NCBI GenBank assembly: GCA_964643685.1
Contig: CAZXTN010000001.1
Span: 34,967-98,966 of the forward strand
DNA length: 64,000 nt
Source of the DNA: Candidatus Micrarchaeota archaeon
GTDB taxonomy: Archaea > B1Sed10-29 > JAJRYS01
Reading direction: 5' to 3'
The notes under the pieces were generated by a model. That model worked only from the letters and a program-made list of their open reading frames with translations. It did not search any database and was not told where the DNA came from. The translations under genes and the position numbers were made by a program. Position 1 is the first letter of the stretch, and each line of letters begins with the position of its first letter. This document shows, piece by piece, positions 47,990-57,915 of the stretch.

Positions 47990-50900
47990 ATGAATTTAAA
48001 AGAAATTTATTTGAAAATTGAAGACAAGTGGTTTGACTTGCTTGATTCTCTTGATGAAAAAGGAGTGCCTGTTTACAAGGCAGTGGATCCTCTTGAAAAA
48101 AAAGGCATACCTACCTTGCCTGTTTTCATAGCTCTTCTTCTTGCTTTTACTTTCTTAATAACTTCTCCTATGACTTCTTCTCCTTCAATGCTTAAAATAA
48201 CAGTAATTAACCAAGAAGGACAGCCACTGGCAAATGCCAATATTACTTTGCTTGATTCACAGTTAAACCAAGTTGCTTCGCTTCAAACAGACGCGTCAGG
48301 GCAAGTTGAATTGAATTTGAAAAAAGGAACTTATTACAGCAACATAAGAGCAGAGGACTGCGACAGCGCCATTAATGAAGAAATTTACTTCGTGTCAAAC
48401 ATGCAGGAAAAAGAAATTGAGTTAACATGCCAAGGGGTTTCACTTGCTGGAAATCAAAGCAGTTTCTGCTTCAATCCATCTGAAGTAGGGGATGTTGAAG
48501 TTAAAAAATACCATTTAGGAGTTGAAGCAAGCAGTGAAGACTGCGGAACTGACGAATGCGTTTTTTCCCCTGAACCTGGAAACACTTACATTTTTTCAAC
48601 GCCTGATTACGTGTCAAGGCAATTGACTTACGTTAACTTGATGAATTACTTAAACAGCGAAGAATGCATTGACATGGATGAAAGGATAACTGTCCCTGAA
48701 AACCCTCAGCCTGTTTTAGTTGAAGTTAAAAACAGCGACGGGAACCTGCTTTCATTTGCAACAGTCCAGCTAGTTAACCCGAATGACACAAGCGTTGCAT
48801 TGTATGAAAAAATGACAAGCGAGAATGGAACAGCTCTTTTCAAAGTAGAGCTTGGAACTGTTTTCAAAGTAAAAGTAAGCGGAACAGAAGAAACCCTAAC
48901 TTACATTGATTCAAAAGCTTATGAAACGCCATTAGGAGGGCTTAACGTAAGCGTAAAAGTAGATTTAAGCGCGTCAAGCCACATTAAAATTTACGAAAAA
49001 ACAGAACTTGGAAAAGTAGATTCAAAAAACACGCAAGTAACAGTCATAGACAAAGAATTAAAGCAAATTGTGGCAAGCAAGCAGACAAATTCAACAGGAG
49101 AAGTCGTGCTTGGTGTGGAAAAGAACAAGGAGTACAAGCTTGCAATATGGAAAAAAGGATTTAATTACACTGAAACTGAATTGACAGGAGGAGAAGATAA
49201 GGAGATAACTCTCCATCCTGTTCTTGAAAACCAAGTTGGAGCAATAAGAGTAAAAGTAATGCTTGAAGATGAAAAATTAGGAGGAGCAACAGTGCATTTG
49301 AAAACAAGCGACGGAATGCCAACAGGAATATTCGCTCCTCCAACAAGATCAAACGGTTACACTTCATTCAGTAACGTGCCTGCAGGAAGCTACTGCCTCA
49401 CAGTAAGCAGGAAGATAGGAAAAGAAAGCGACTGCGAAGCAGTTACAGTAACAGCAGGTGAAACAAGCGATGTTGAAATAAAACTTGAAAAAAGAAAGTA
49501 TCAAGTGACAGTAAAGGTAACAGATGAAAGCGGAAGCCCAATAGACGAAGCAAGCGTAAAATTAATTGATGAAAAAGGAGAAGAAGTATGCAGCAGCACA
49601 AGCGAGTTGTTTGAAGGAGAATTTACATGCGACGTCAAAGAAGCAACTAAAATAAAAGCAACTGCAAGATATGAAGATAATGGAAAAATATACTCTGCTT
49701 CTGCTTATCTTGGAAAAATAGAGCAACCAGTAGAACAAAAACTAGTTTTAAGAGAGCTTACAACAGATGTGAAAATAATTGGAATAAAAGCACCTGATGG
49801 AACAGAATTAAATTTAGGTTCAGATAAGATTAAAGCAGGGGTAACAGGTTACAAGGCGATAGTGTCAATTGGATTGCCTAATTACTCTGATTCAAAATGG
49901 AGCAATGTTGAATTCACTATAAACGAAGACACAGGGACATTCGAGTTCTACTCAGGACAAGATGACTACTTCGAAGCCTCAAGCACTGATGAAAAAGCAA
50001 GCACAAGAACATTCAATTTAAAAGCATCTAAAAAAGACTATGAAATAGGAAATCATCAGCTTGAAATTCCATTCAGAGTAAAAACAATAAACGCTGAAAC
50101 AGGAGAATATGAATTAAAAATTTCAGGAAAATGGGAAGCACCTAACGGCGATTCATTCAATTATCCTCCAGGAGATGAAGAGGAAAAATTAAAAGTTAAT
50201 GTGACAGCCGAGCAATGCGAGCAAGTTGGAGACTTCAGCGTATGCTATTCAATACAGCAAGGGGAGAATTGGGTCAACCCAGTTGCACAAGGAAGCCTTT
50301 CTTTTGAAACAGGAGACAAGATAAACATTTCAATGAAGATAACAAACGAAGGAAGCGATTTCAAAGGAGAAATTCAAGTAAATGATGATTACTATAAAGG
50401 CAGCTTGTTCTCAGAAGTAAGCTCAATAAAAAAGCAAGGAAGCAGCCAAAACCTGATGCTAGGAAGAGATTATCAATTAAACAACTATGCTTTAAGCATA
50501 GAGGAAAACCCTAACACAGAGCTTAAAAACGGAGAAACAATGCTTTTAAACTTTTCATTAAAAGCAATAAAGCCAGATGCAACTCAGCTTACAGTGAAAA
50601 TAGGAAGCGGGGAACAAGCTCTTCCTTTGATAATAATAACAGGTGAACAAGATGCAAGACTTGTTATTGACAGTGACATTTATGACTTAAGCAATAACAT
50701 CAGCTTCCATTTAGAATCAGTTGACGGAAGCAAAGTGCCAATAGGAGAGTATTACGGTTCAGGTTCCTGCGTGAAAGGATTATCAGGCTCTGACATCTGC
50801 CTTACTTCAACAAATTACCAGCTAGGGTTAATTAGTTTAGATTATGAAAACAATGAAGTGACAGTGACATTAACAGCAGACAATAACTTAGTGGGCATGA

Positions 50901-53900
50901 ACAAAGTGCATTTTTCAATAACAGGAACTAGGATAAAAGACATTGATGAATACAAGGATGTTGAATCATGCATTCAAGACGTTACAATCTACCCTATAAT
51001 TGCTTATCAAACAGTTCCATGCAGCATTTACTTGAAAACAGGAGAAGCTTCAAGATTTGAATCAAAAAACAACCCAGACAGCACTGGCTTAGCTGCATGC
51101 ACAACTGAAACTTACCCTTCTTCAAGCGATTCTCAAAACAGTCCTTACCAAATTATTTTCGGAAGCAAATGCGGAGCTGAAATAAAGGATATCAAGTACA
51201 TAATAAACCCAGAGCAAGAGGACAACTTCAATCCAGGAATACTCACAGACCACTTCAACGAAGCAGCAGACTTATACTTTGATTACACACCTCCTTTCTC
51301 AGAAGGAACAGTATCAAACCAAGATATTTACAGACAAATCAACTTAACCATCACATTTTCAAATGGAGAAGTTGAGAAAAAACTAAAACTCGCGCTGCCA
51401 TTAACTTTAATAAACCAGGACATAAGCGCTTTCAATGAAAACAGCATATTCCATGCATTTAAAACAACAAGTTTGGACAACCCTGACTGCTCAACAAATT
51501 ACTGCACATTAGAACAATTTTTCAAGTCACTAACAGAAAAATTAAACGCAAACCAGCAGATAGGAACAATAACAGTTAATTTAATAGGAGCAAATGACAG
51601 GATAAACGAGATAGAATTAAAAGAGATAATTCAAAAAGCAACAGGAGCAGATGTTCACTCTGGAGAACCAAGCGAAGACGTAAGCACAGGAACTAGCCTT
51701 CAAATTTACGTACCTGATCAATTGCTAAGCAATTCCATAAGCGATGGAAAATACGCTTTTTCAATCATTAAAAAAGCAGACAACATTTACGAAATAACAG
51801 GAGTAAGAGCAATAACCCAAATCAAAACAGGAGACATTGACAAAATCGAGTCACACTTAACTTACTCAAAAACAGATTATACAGACATCATAGATAATAA
51901 GATGAAAACAGGATGGAAAATAAAAACAGAAGGAACAAGCTTAACAGACACAAAAAAACAAGAAATAAACAATCACTTCAAAAGTGTTTTAAGAGCAATG
52001 TATGAAGATGAGGACAACTTGAATGAAGATGGAACAGTTTCAGGAAGCCTTACAATAAACAATCAGGGAAGCGAAGCTAGGAACCAAGTGACTCTTGGAA
52101 TCTGCAACACTTCAGATGATTCATTCGAAACTAACAAAAAAGACATCACTACTTTATGCGGAAAATACTTCCTTTACTCAGGAGAATCAGCTGACTACAG
52201 TGGAATAATATTTGAAGAAACAGTAGGAGGAAAAGGAGTTTACTTCATAGCAACTAATGAAACAAACTTAATCACTTTACTGGACAATTACAAGAAAGCA
52301 ATAATAAACACAAGAATAGGAGGAGTAACAGGAGGAAGTTCCTTAAAAATTTACAAAGGAGAAGCATGCTCTAACGGAGAAGAAGTAGGAAGTGACAATT
52401 GCGACGTGCAGTTTGAATCTAAGATACTAGCAAGAGCTCCTTCAACAATACATGTTTACTGCGGAGGAAGCATAACATGTAACCTCGATGACACAAGTGA
52501 CGAGCTAACAAAAGCATTGAAAGAATACGGAGCAAAGGCAATTGGTTACGGAGAAGCTGAAATAAACCTAATTGAAGAAACAAACAAAGATGATGCTGAC
52601 GTGATTATAACAACAAGAGACTCTGATGAATTTGAAGCATTGCAAAATAACTTCAGAGCAGTTGAAGGAATTCCAACAACCATTGAATTGCCTGACAATT
52701 ACACTTTCACTGACATCAAAGGAGCAAAAGTAGTCATAGCTGAAAATGCAGAAGACGCTGCAAAAGTGCTTGAAAACAACGGAGCTCCATTGCAGTTGAC
52801 AATGCAAGAACTTGACTCTGCATTAAAACAAGCAATTTCAGACATAAGCAGCAGCGAAGATGAAGACAGCACAGAAGCAGTTACAAGAACAATGTTTGTA
52901 AATATTACAGACGCAAGCTGCTACATTGACTTACAAAGCAGTTTAGAAGATGAAAAAGCAGGGTTAAAGATAATAAAGGGAGGGTTAAATAAGGATTACT
53001 TTGGAGAGGATTCTTTCAAAGAAAACTCAGAAAACTGTAACTGGGTAACTAGCAGCGACATAAACTTACTTCCAGCAGAGTATTTGATTGAAATAACAAA
53101 TAGTTTTACAGATTGCAATGCAAATAAGGATTATCTTATTTATGCTTATCCATTAACAAGAAAGTATGATAACTTACTAAAAGAAAATGGTTATGACGTG
53201 TCAAAAGAAACTGACTTATGCGGAGCAGACATTATAATGCCAACAACAAAACCAACTTCAATAACTCTTGCAGAACTAGTGCAAAAAATTTGGGGGGTTG
53301 AAATAGATGAGAACACTCCGCTTCCTTACAATTTAGGCACTTTTTATATAACTGATGAAAAATTAAAAATAATTGATAATGATGACCCAGAATTGAATAC
53401 TGGAGCACTCATTGGACTAACTGACTGGTACAAAGAAGCTGCTTGGAATGATGAACCTTTAGCTAAAAGTCCAATATGCAATCTTGGGCCAGGTGGCCAG
53501 GATGAGGGAGACATAGGCACAGAAAAAGGAGGAAATTGGGAAGTAATCTCTTGGAATGATGGAAATGAAATTCATAAAACTAATCCTGAAATTCTGGAAA
53601 AAAGTTATTGTATTAACTTGTGGCCAGAAGACAATCCTAGCCCTGCTAAAAAAGGAGACATTGTCACTATCCAAATATTGGCTGATTGGCATTTAGCACA
53701 AGGAAGATTAAATACAAGGCATAAAACTCAAGTAAGAAATGTCTTTATATCAGATATCTCAAATGTTTGCCCTGAAGGTTATGATTTCAAGCCAGCTGAA
53801 TTAGGACAAACAGGAGGAGTATGCATAAAAGAAGCTTCAGGAAGCAATTCAGAAAAATCAAGAGAGTATGTTGCTGCAAGTGGAACAATTTGCAGAACAA

Positions 53901-54136
53901 GTTCTGCATTTAATGAGTGTAAGGATGCAAGCAATTTGGATGTAACAGATTACAATCCAGAAAATTGTGGCACTTCTAAAGAAATAACAACTTTAACCAC
54001 AATTACCAACTACTACCATTGCCCATCTAATTACATTTGCACTGAAGAAGCTAATTATATTGGAGGAGGGATATGCTGTCCTAATGACCATCCTAATTAT
54101 GATCCAACAACAGAACAATGTTACTCTGAAAGTTAA
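47990..54136 (+). CDS. Giant (about 2050 aa) surface protein with multiple CarboxypepD_reg/Ig-like beta-sandwich repeats and Cys-rich C-terminus
   Basis: Repeats such as 'ITVINQEGQPLANANITLLD...TDASGQVEL', 'VLVEVKNSDGNLLSFATVQLVNPND', 'IRVKVMLEDEKLGGATVHLKTSDG...GSYCLTVS' and 'VTVKVTDESGSPIDEASVKLIDEKGE'. N-terminal 'KKG/IPTLPVFIALLLAFTFLI'. C-terminal 'CPSNYICTEE...GICCPNDHP'. ATG 47990 preferred over TTG 47984. 'aggagga' lies 10 nt upstream. Confidence 0.6.
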   Translation: MNLKEIYLKIEDKWFDLLDSLDEKGVPVYKAVDPLEKKGIPTLPVFIALLLAFTFLITSPMTSSPSMLKITVINQEGQPLANANITLLDSQLNQVASLQTDASGQVELNLKKGTYYSNIRAEDCDSAINEEIYFVSNMQEKEIELTCQGVSLAGNQSSFCFNPSEVGDVEVKKYHLGVEASSEDCGTDECVFSPEPGNTYIFSTPDYVSRQLTYVNLMNYLNSEECIDMDERITVPENPQPVLVEVKNSDGNLLSFATVQLVNPNDTSVALYEKMTSENGTALFKVELGTVFKVKVSGTEETLTYIDSKAYETPLGGLNVSVKVDLSASSHIKIYEKTELGKVDSKNTQVTVIDKELKQIVASKQTNSTGEVVLGVEKNKEYKLAIWKKGFNYTETELTGGEDKEITLHPVLENQVGAIRVKVMLEDEKLGGATVHLKTSDGMPTGIFAPPTRSNGYTSFSNVPAGSYCLTVSRKIGKESDCEAVTVTAGETSDVEIKLEKRKYQVTVKVTDESGSPIDEASVKLIDEKGEEVCSSTSELFEGEFTCDVKEATKIKATARYEDNGKIYSASAYLGKIEQPVEQKLVLRELTTDVKIIGIKAPDGTELNLGSDKIKAGVTGYKAIVSIGLPNYSDSKWSNVEFTINEDTGTFEFYSGQDDYFEASSTDEKASTRTFNLKASKKDYEIGNHQLEIPFRVKTINAETGEYELKISGKWEAPNGDSFNYPPGDEEEKLKVNVTAEQCEQVGDFSVCYSIQQGENWVNPVAQGSLSFETGDKINISMKITNEGSDFKGEIQVNDDYYKGSLFSEVSSIKKQGSSQNLMLGRDYQLNNYALSIEENPNTELKNGETMLLNFSLKAIKPDATQLTVKIGSGEQALPLIIITGEQDARLVIDSDIYDLSNNISFHLESVDGSKVPIGEYYGSGSCVKGLSGSDICLTSTNYQLGLISLDYENNEVTVTLTADNNLVGMNKVHFSITGTRIKDIDEYKDVESCIQDVTIYPIIAYQTVPCSIYLKTGEASRFESKNNPDSTGLAACTTETYPSSSDSQNSPYQIIFGSKCGAEIKDIKYIINPEQEDNFNPGILTDHFNEAADLYFDYTPPFSEGTVSNQDIYRQINLTITFSNGEVEKKLKLALPLTLINQDISAFNENSIFHAFKTTSLDNPDCSTNYCTLEQFFKSLTEKLNANQQIGTITVNLIGANDRINEIELKEIIQKATGADVHSGEPSEDVSTGTSLQIYVPDQLLSNSISDGKYAFSIIKKADNIYEITGVRAITQIKTGDIDKIESHLTYSKTDYTDIIDNKMKTGWKIKTEGTSLTDTKKQEINNHFKSVLRAMYEDEDNLNEDGTVSGSLTINNQGSEARNQVTLGICNTSDDSFETNKKDITTLCGKYFLYSGESADYSGIIFEETVGGKGVYFIATNETNLITLLDNYKKAIINTRIGGVTGGSSLKIYKGEACSNGEEVGSDNCDVQFESKILARAPSTIHVYCGGSITCNLDDTSDELTKALKEYGAKAIGYGEAEINLIEETNKDDADVIITTRDSDEFEALQNNFRAVEGIPTTIELPDNYTFTDIKGAKVVIAENAEDAAKVLENNGAPLQLTMQELDSALKQAISDISSSEDEDSTEAVTRTMFVNITDASCYIDLQSSLEDEKAGLKIIKGGLNKDYFGEDSFKENSENCNWVTSSDINLLPAEYLIEITNSFTDCNANKDYLIYAYPLTRKYDNLLKENGYDVSKETDLCGADIIMPTTKPTSITLAELVQKIWGVEIDENTPLPYNLGTFYITDEKLKIIDNDDPELNTGALIGLTDWYKEAAWNDEPLAKSPICNLGPGGQDEGDIGTEKGGNWEVISWNDGNEIHKTNPEILEKSYCINLWPEDNPSPAKKGDIVTIQILADWHLAQGRLNTRHKTQVRNVFISDISNVCPEGYDFKPAELGQTGGVCIKEASGSNSEKSREYVAASGTICRTSSAFNECKDASNLDVTDYNPENCGTSKEITTLTTITNYYHCPSNYICTEEANYIGGGICCPNDHPNYDPTTEQCYSES

Positions 54137-54145
54137 CCCTCTCCT

Positions 54146-54166
54146 TATTTCTTTTCTTTTTTTTCC
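54146..54166 (+). terminator. Oligo-T tract downstream of the giant gene (archaeal-type terminator candidate)
   Basis: 'tatttcttttcttttttttcc' begins 10 nt after the stop codon at 54134-54136. Confidence 0.4.
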
Positions 54167-54216
54167 TTAATGTTTTTATATCTTGTTTGTTTTTGTTTTA
54201 ATTAGAAATTAGAGGC

Positions 54217-54639
54217 TTGTTGAAAATGTTTGTTTTAGGTTTGTTTGATTCCATGTTTAATGCAATGGGCGTTGGGCAAGACTTTAACTTGCTGATGCTT
54301 GGTTTTAAAATTGTTATTCTGCTTTACATTATTCAGTTTTTTAAAAACAGGTTCGGTGAATCGCCAGTAGTTACTTTGCTAGTGGCTGGAGTGGCTTACT
54401 TGTTCCTGTTCACAAGTTATTTCAAAATATTCGGGCCAATGATGTTTGTTTACTTGTTTGTGATATTTGGCTTTACTTCAATTTTGTTTGACTTGGCTAT
54501 TGCAAAGCCGTGGAAAAGCATGGATATGCATGGTGAAATGGAAGCAGGGGAAGAAGAAGGAGGGCATGGTGTTCATCACAGTTTTAAAGAAGCTCAGCAT
54601 CAGCAGCATAGTTTAAGGAAAATGAGAGCAAGGTATTGA
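54217..54639 (+). CDS. Small polytopic membrane protein with His/Glu-rich C-terminal tail
   Basis: 3-4 TM helices, tail 'HGEMEAGEEEGGHGVHHSFKEAQHQQH'. Confidence 0.45.
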   Translation: MLKMFVLGLFDSMFNAMGVGQDFNLLMLGFKIVILLYIIQFFKNRFGESPVVTLLVAGVAYLFLFTSYFKIFGPMMFVYLFVIFGFTSILFDLAIAKPWKSMDMHGEMEAGEEEGGHGVHHSFKEAQHQQHSLRKMRARY

Positions 54640-54646
54640 AAGGTGT

Positions 54647-54991
54647 TTGAAAGAAATGAAGTTGAAAGCAGTTGAAAAGAGGGGTTTTTTGAATACGAAT
54701 TTTTTAACCATTATCCTCGTGTTTGTTTTGATAATGCTTTTGCCTATTGTGTTTTCAGTTAGTTTTCCTATTATCAAGCTTATTATTATGGCTTATTTTG
54801 CTTTGCTTATCTTTATTTTTGTCAGGAATATTCTTGGAAATTCTATTCTTACTTATGTTATCAGCGGTTTGTTGATTTACATTTTAGTTGTTAAGTTCTG
54901 GTACTTGTTTGCGCCTGCTTACATGCTTTATTTGATTGGAAGCATGTTTTTAAGCGGTTTGATAATCTTTGGTTTACAAAAAGGACCGTAA
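54647..54991 (+). CDS. Small polytopic membrane protein
   Basis: Hydrophobic ORF. 'EKRG/FLNTNFLTIILVFVLIML' N-terminus. Confidence 0.4.
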   Translation: MKEMKLKAVEKRGFLNTNFLTIILVFVLIMLLPIVFSVSFPIIKLIIMAYFALLIFIFVRNILGNSILTYVISGLLIYILVVKFWYLFAPAYMLYLIGSMFLSGLIIFGLQKGP

Positions 54992-55090
54992 AGTCAATTT
55001 AATAAGCTTAGAAGCAGGGTGTTTTGCAGGGAGTGTAGTTATTTTAGTTTTCAATAAAGCTTAAAAACAAGGAGTTGTTTAATTAAAAAC

Positions 55091-55315
55091 ATGGGTTTGC
55101 TTTGGAGCGATGTTAGAATTGCTTTAATGATAATTGTTTTTATTTATTTGTTGCAGTGGACTGTTGATTTTACTAAGTCTAAGGCTTTGGGTTTGATTTT
55201 AGCTTCTGTTATTGCTTATTTGACTTTTTATCAGCATTATGAAATTTTGGTGTTTATTTTGGTTTTCTTTTTCGGTTATCCTTTTTTTGAAAAATTGGCA
55301 GAGGGTTTTGATTAA
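55091..55315 (+). CDS. Small (74 aa) two-TM membrane protein
   Basis: ORF only. Stop is 2 nt before the next start. Confidence 0.35.
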   Translation: MGLLWSDVRIALMIIVFIYLLQWTVDFTKSKALGLILASVIAYLTFYQHYEILVFILVFFFGYPFFEKLAEGFD

Positions 55316-55317
55316 TT

Positions 55318-55617
55318 ATGGATACTTTTACGACTGTTGTGATGTTGTTGATTGCTTTCATGGCTTGGAGCATGGGTTTTGATTACATTTTTTTAGGCTT
55401 AGCTGCTTTTACTATTTTGTTGAGTCACAGTTGGGGCATGGCTAGTATTTTGATTTTGGGAATTGGCGCTGTTTATTTGTTTGGCTTGAAGGAGTATTGG
55501 TTTGTTTTGTTTATTATTATAATTGCTTTTGTTTTGATTAAGAATGAGAAGCAGGGGAGTAATGCTGGAGGGGGAAGTTATTCGCCTGAGTTGATGAACT
55601 TGCTTGGCGGTTATTGA
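55318..55617 (+). CDS. Small (99 aa) multi-TM membrane protein with Gly-rich tail
   Basis: ORF only. 'GSNAGGGSYSPELMNLLGGY' C-terminus. Confidence 0.4.
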   Translation: MDTFTTVVMLLIAFMAWSMGFDYIFLGLAAFTILLSHSWGMASILILGIGAVYLFGLKEYWFVLFIIIIAFVLIKNEKQGSNAGGGSYSPELMNLLGGY

Positions 55618-55639
55618 TTTAAAAAATTGGGTTTTTTGA

Positions 55640-55972
55640 ATGGCAAGTGATTCGCAGTTGTTTATTGGTTTTTTAGTTGTTGTTTTGCTTGGTTTTGTTT
55701 ACAATCAAATTTGGCTGAGTTTTGTAATTGGAGCTGTGTTGTTTTTAATGTTGTTTTTACAGGAGGAGCCTGTGAAAAAAAGTTCTTCTTCTAGTGTGAT
55801 TGTCAGGCCTATTAAAGTTCAGAGGAAGTATGAGGAAGGTGCTTCGATTTACCCTAAGAAGATGGAGATTCATTTAGCTGAAAGAGGCCCTCCTAAAGCT
55901 TGGGAGAGGGGGCCTGAGCCTATTGGAAAGGCAGTTGGTAAGGGTTTGAAGTGGTTGTTTAATCATTTTTGA
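55640..55972 (+). CDS. Two-TM small membrane protein, paralog family member (YPxKM and C-terminal GKG-L motifs)
   Basis: '...IYPKKMEIHL...IGKAVGKGLKWLFNHF'. Confidence 0.45.
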   Translation: MASDSQLFIGFLVVVLLGFVYNQIWLSFVIGAVLFLMLFLQEEPVKKSSSSSVIVRPIKVQRKYEEGASIYPKKMEIHLAERGPPKAWERGPEPIGKAVGKGLKWLFNHF

Positions 55973-56023
55973 AGGTGTTTTGGCATTTGAAATGGAAAAA
56001 GCCTTGTTTTTTTAAAGTTTGAA

Positions 56024-56377
56024 TTGCTTAATATAAAGTTGATGGACAGTAGAAGTATTGTTTTGATACTCGCTTTGGTTATTTTTTCTTATTACTTAGG
56101 CTTGAATTGGCTTGTGTTGCTGTTGTCAATTGTATTGTTTTTAATTGGGCTTGGTTCTGTTAAGAGAAGTTCAGGTGAAGTTAAGAAAGAAGTTAACAAG
56201 AACCCTGATGTGATTTATCCTGTGATTTACGAGGATGTTGGAGAGCCTCCTTTGCTTTATCCTGAAAAAATGGGGGTTAAAATTTACGATGCTTCTAAGA
56301 AGACAAGTGCTTTGGAAGATGCTTTAAGGGGCATTGGTTCAGGAGCAAAGGCTTTGATTAAATTTTTAACAAAGTGA
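56024..56377 (+). CDS. Two-TM small membrane protein, paralog family member
   Basis: '...LYPEKMGVKIY...GIGSGAKALIKFLTK'. Confidence 0.45.
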   Translation: MLNIKLMDSRSIVLILALVIFSYYLGLNWLVLLLSIVLFLIGLGSVKRSSGEVKKEVNKNPDVIYPVIYEDVGEPPLLYPEKMGVKIYDASKKTSALEDALRGIGSGAKALIKFLTK

Positions 56378-56390
56378 ATGAAAGAGTTGA

Positions 56391-56738
56391 GTGAAAATGA
56401 ATTCAAGGACAGTTTTGTTAGTGAGTTTAATTGCAGGTGTTGCTGTTTATTCTTCAATGCCTTCAATTGGATTCTTGATAATTGTGTTTAGTTTGATTGG
56501 CTTGCTTGCAACTGTTTTTTCAAAAAAGCAGGAGGCGAAGAGCGGAAGCAGTTATAAGATGGGTGAGGAGATTGTTATTGAGTCAACAAAGCAGCTTCCT
56601 TACAGGATTCCATCTAAAATGAATTTGACTTACTCTCCTAATTCAAAGCAAAGGAAGCCGTGGTGGACTAAAGTTACAAGCAAGGGCATTTTGCCTAATG
56701 TTGCTAAAGGCATTGGAAAGTTGTTGAAAGAGTTGTGA
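56391..56738 (+). CDS. Two-TM small membrane protein, paralog family member
   Basis: '...RIPSKMNLTY...VAKGIGKLLKEL'. Confidence 0.45.
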   Translation: MKMNSRTVLLVSLIAGVAVYSSMPSIGFLIIVFSLIGLLATVFSKKQEAKSGSSYKMGEEIVIESTKQLPYRIPSKMNLTYSPNSKQRKPWWTKVTSKGILPNVAKGIGKLLKEL

Positions 56739-56759
56739 GAGAACTATTTTTTTAAGTGG

Positions 56760-57272
56760 TTGCTGATGAGAAGTTTGCTTATTGGACTTGTGCTTGTTTT
56801 AGTAGGTTGGGTTACTGGAAGCAGTGTTCTTGTTTTTTTAGGTGTTGTTTTGACAGCTGTTGTTGTTTTTCTTGAAAAAGAAGAGAAAGTTGTTTATGAG
56901 TATGTGGATAACAAGCCGAAGCATGTTGTTATTCAATCAAAGCCAGTTGAAACCAAGGCTCCTCTTCCAAATGAAGTGCTTTCGCCTGTTGGCAGGGCTA
57001 TTTATGACAAGGAAGTTAAGCCGTTGGAGGATAAGGTTAAGAAGTTGAGAGTGGATTCTCTTGTTGCAAAAGGAGAAGTAAAGGAGAAGCTGTTGAAAGA
57101 GTTGAAGGATGCTGAGAAGGAGTATGAGGAGAAATTAAATAAAGTGTCTGCTCTTCCTTTCGGAGTTAGGAAAGAGGCTTCTAATCCTGTTTACAGTTTG
57201 TTTAAGGGAATTGGAATAAACTTGAGTGTTAAGATTGTTTCTAAGTTGTTTGATAAGAAAGACAAGAAGTAG
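56760..57272 (+). CDS. Two-TM membrane protein with longer tail, distant paralog family member
   Basis: C-terminal '...SLFKGIGINLSVKIVSKLFDKKDKK' shares the G-I-G/K...L motif. Confidence 0.4.
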   Translation: MLMRSLLIGLVLVLVGWVTGSSVLVFLGVVLTAVVVFLEKEEKVVYEYVDNKPKHVVIQSKPVETKAPLPNEVLSPVGRAIYDKEVKPLEDKVKKLRVDSLVAKGEVKEKLLKELKDAEKEYEEKLNKVSALPFGVRKEASNPVYSLFKGIGINLSVKIVSKLFDKKDKK

Positions 57273-57282
57273 GAGAGTTTTT

Positions 57283-57858
57283 TTATTTTTTTTCAAGTTT
57301 TAAGAGCATTTTTTTGTTTATTTCAATTAACTGCTGCTGCAGGTCAGCCATGCCTTTGATTAATGGCTTGAGTTCAATAAGCATTTCTTTGACTTCTCTT
57401 ATTTCGCTTTTAAGGAAGGAAGTTTCGTTTAAGTTTTTTTCAATTTCTTCGTGTTTAGTGTGCAGGGTGTTTATTTTTTGATTTATTGTTTCAAGTGTCT
57501 GCGCGTGTTGTGAAAATTTGTCATTCAGGGAATTTAAGGAAGAGGAGTGTTCAGTTACTTTTCCGTGTATTTCATTGACTTCTTGTTTTATGCCTTTTGT
57601 TTCTTCAGTTGCTTTTTTAACTTCTTCAACTGCTGGGTTAAAAGCGCTTCCGCTTAGCACGACTTCGTGGACGTCATTAACTTTTTCATGAATGTCTTTC
57701 AAGTTAGGCTGAGCTGATACAGAGCCGATGAGCTCGTCTACCTCAAGTGAAGATAAGCCTATTGCTGTTAAGGTGCTTTTGATTTCTGCTGTTGAGCTTC
57801 CTTCTTTTTTCATTGATTTTATTATGTTTAAAATCTTGTTTTTCTTATCCTCGTCCAT
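57283..57858 (-). CDS. Coiled-coil hypothetical protein
   Basis: Heptad-rich, E/K/N/L-rich, no motifs. Confidence 0.4.
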   Translation of the reverse strand: MDEDKKNKILNIIKSMKKEGSSTAEIKSTLTAIGLSSLEVDELIGSVSAQPNLKDIHEKVNDVHEVVLSGSAFNPAVEEVKKATEETKGIKQEVNEIHGKVTEHSSSLNSLNDKFSQHAQTLETINQKINTLHTKHEEIEKNLNETSFLKSEIREVKEMLIELKPLIKGMADLQQQLIEINKKMLLKLEKK

Positions 57859-57915
57859 TATTCATAGTTAAAAACATTTAAGTTTAAATACCCATCCTAT
57901 GTAAATTAACAAATA

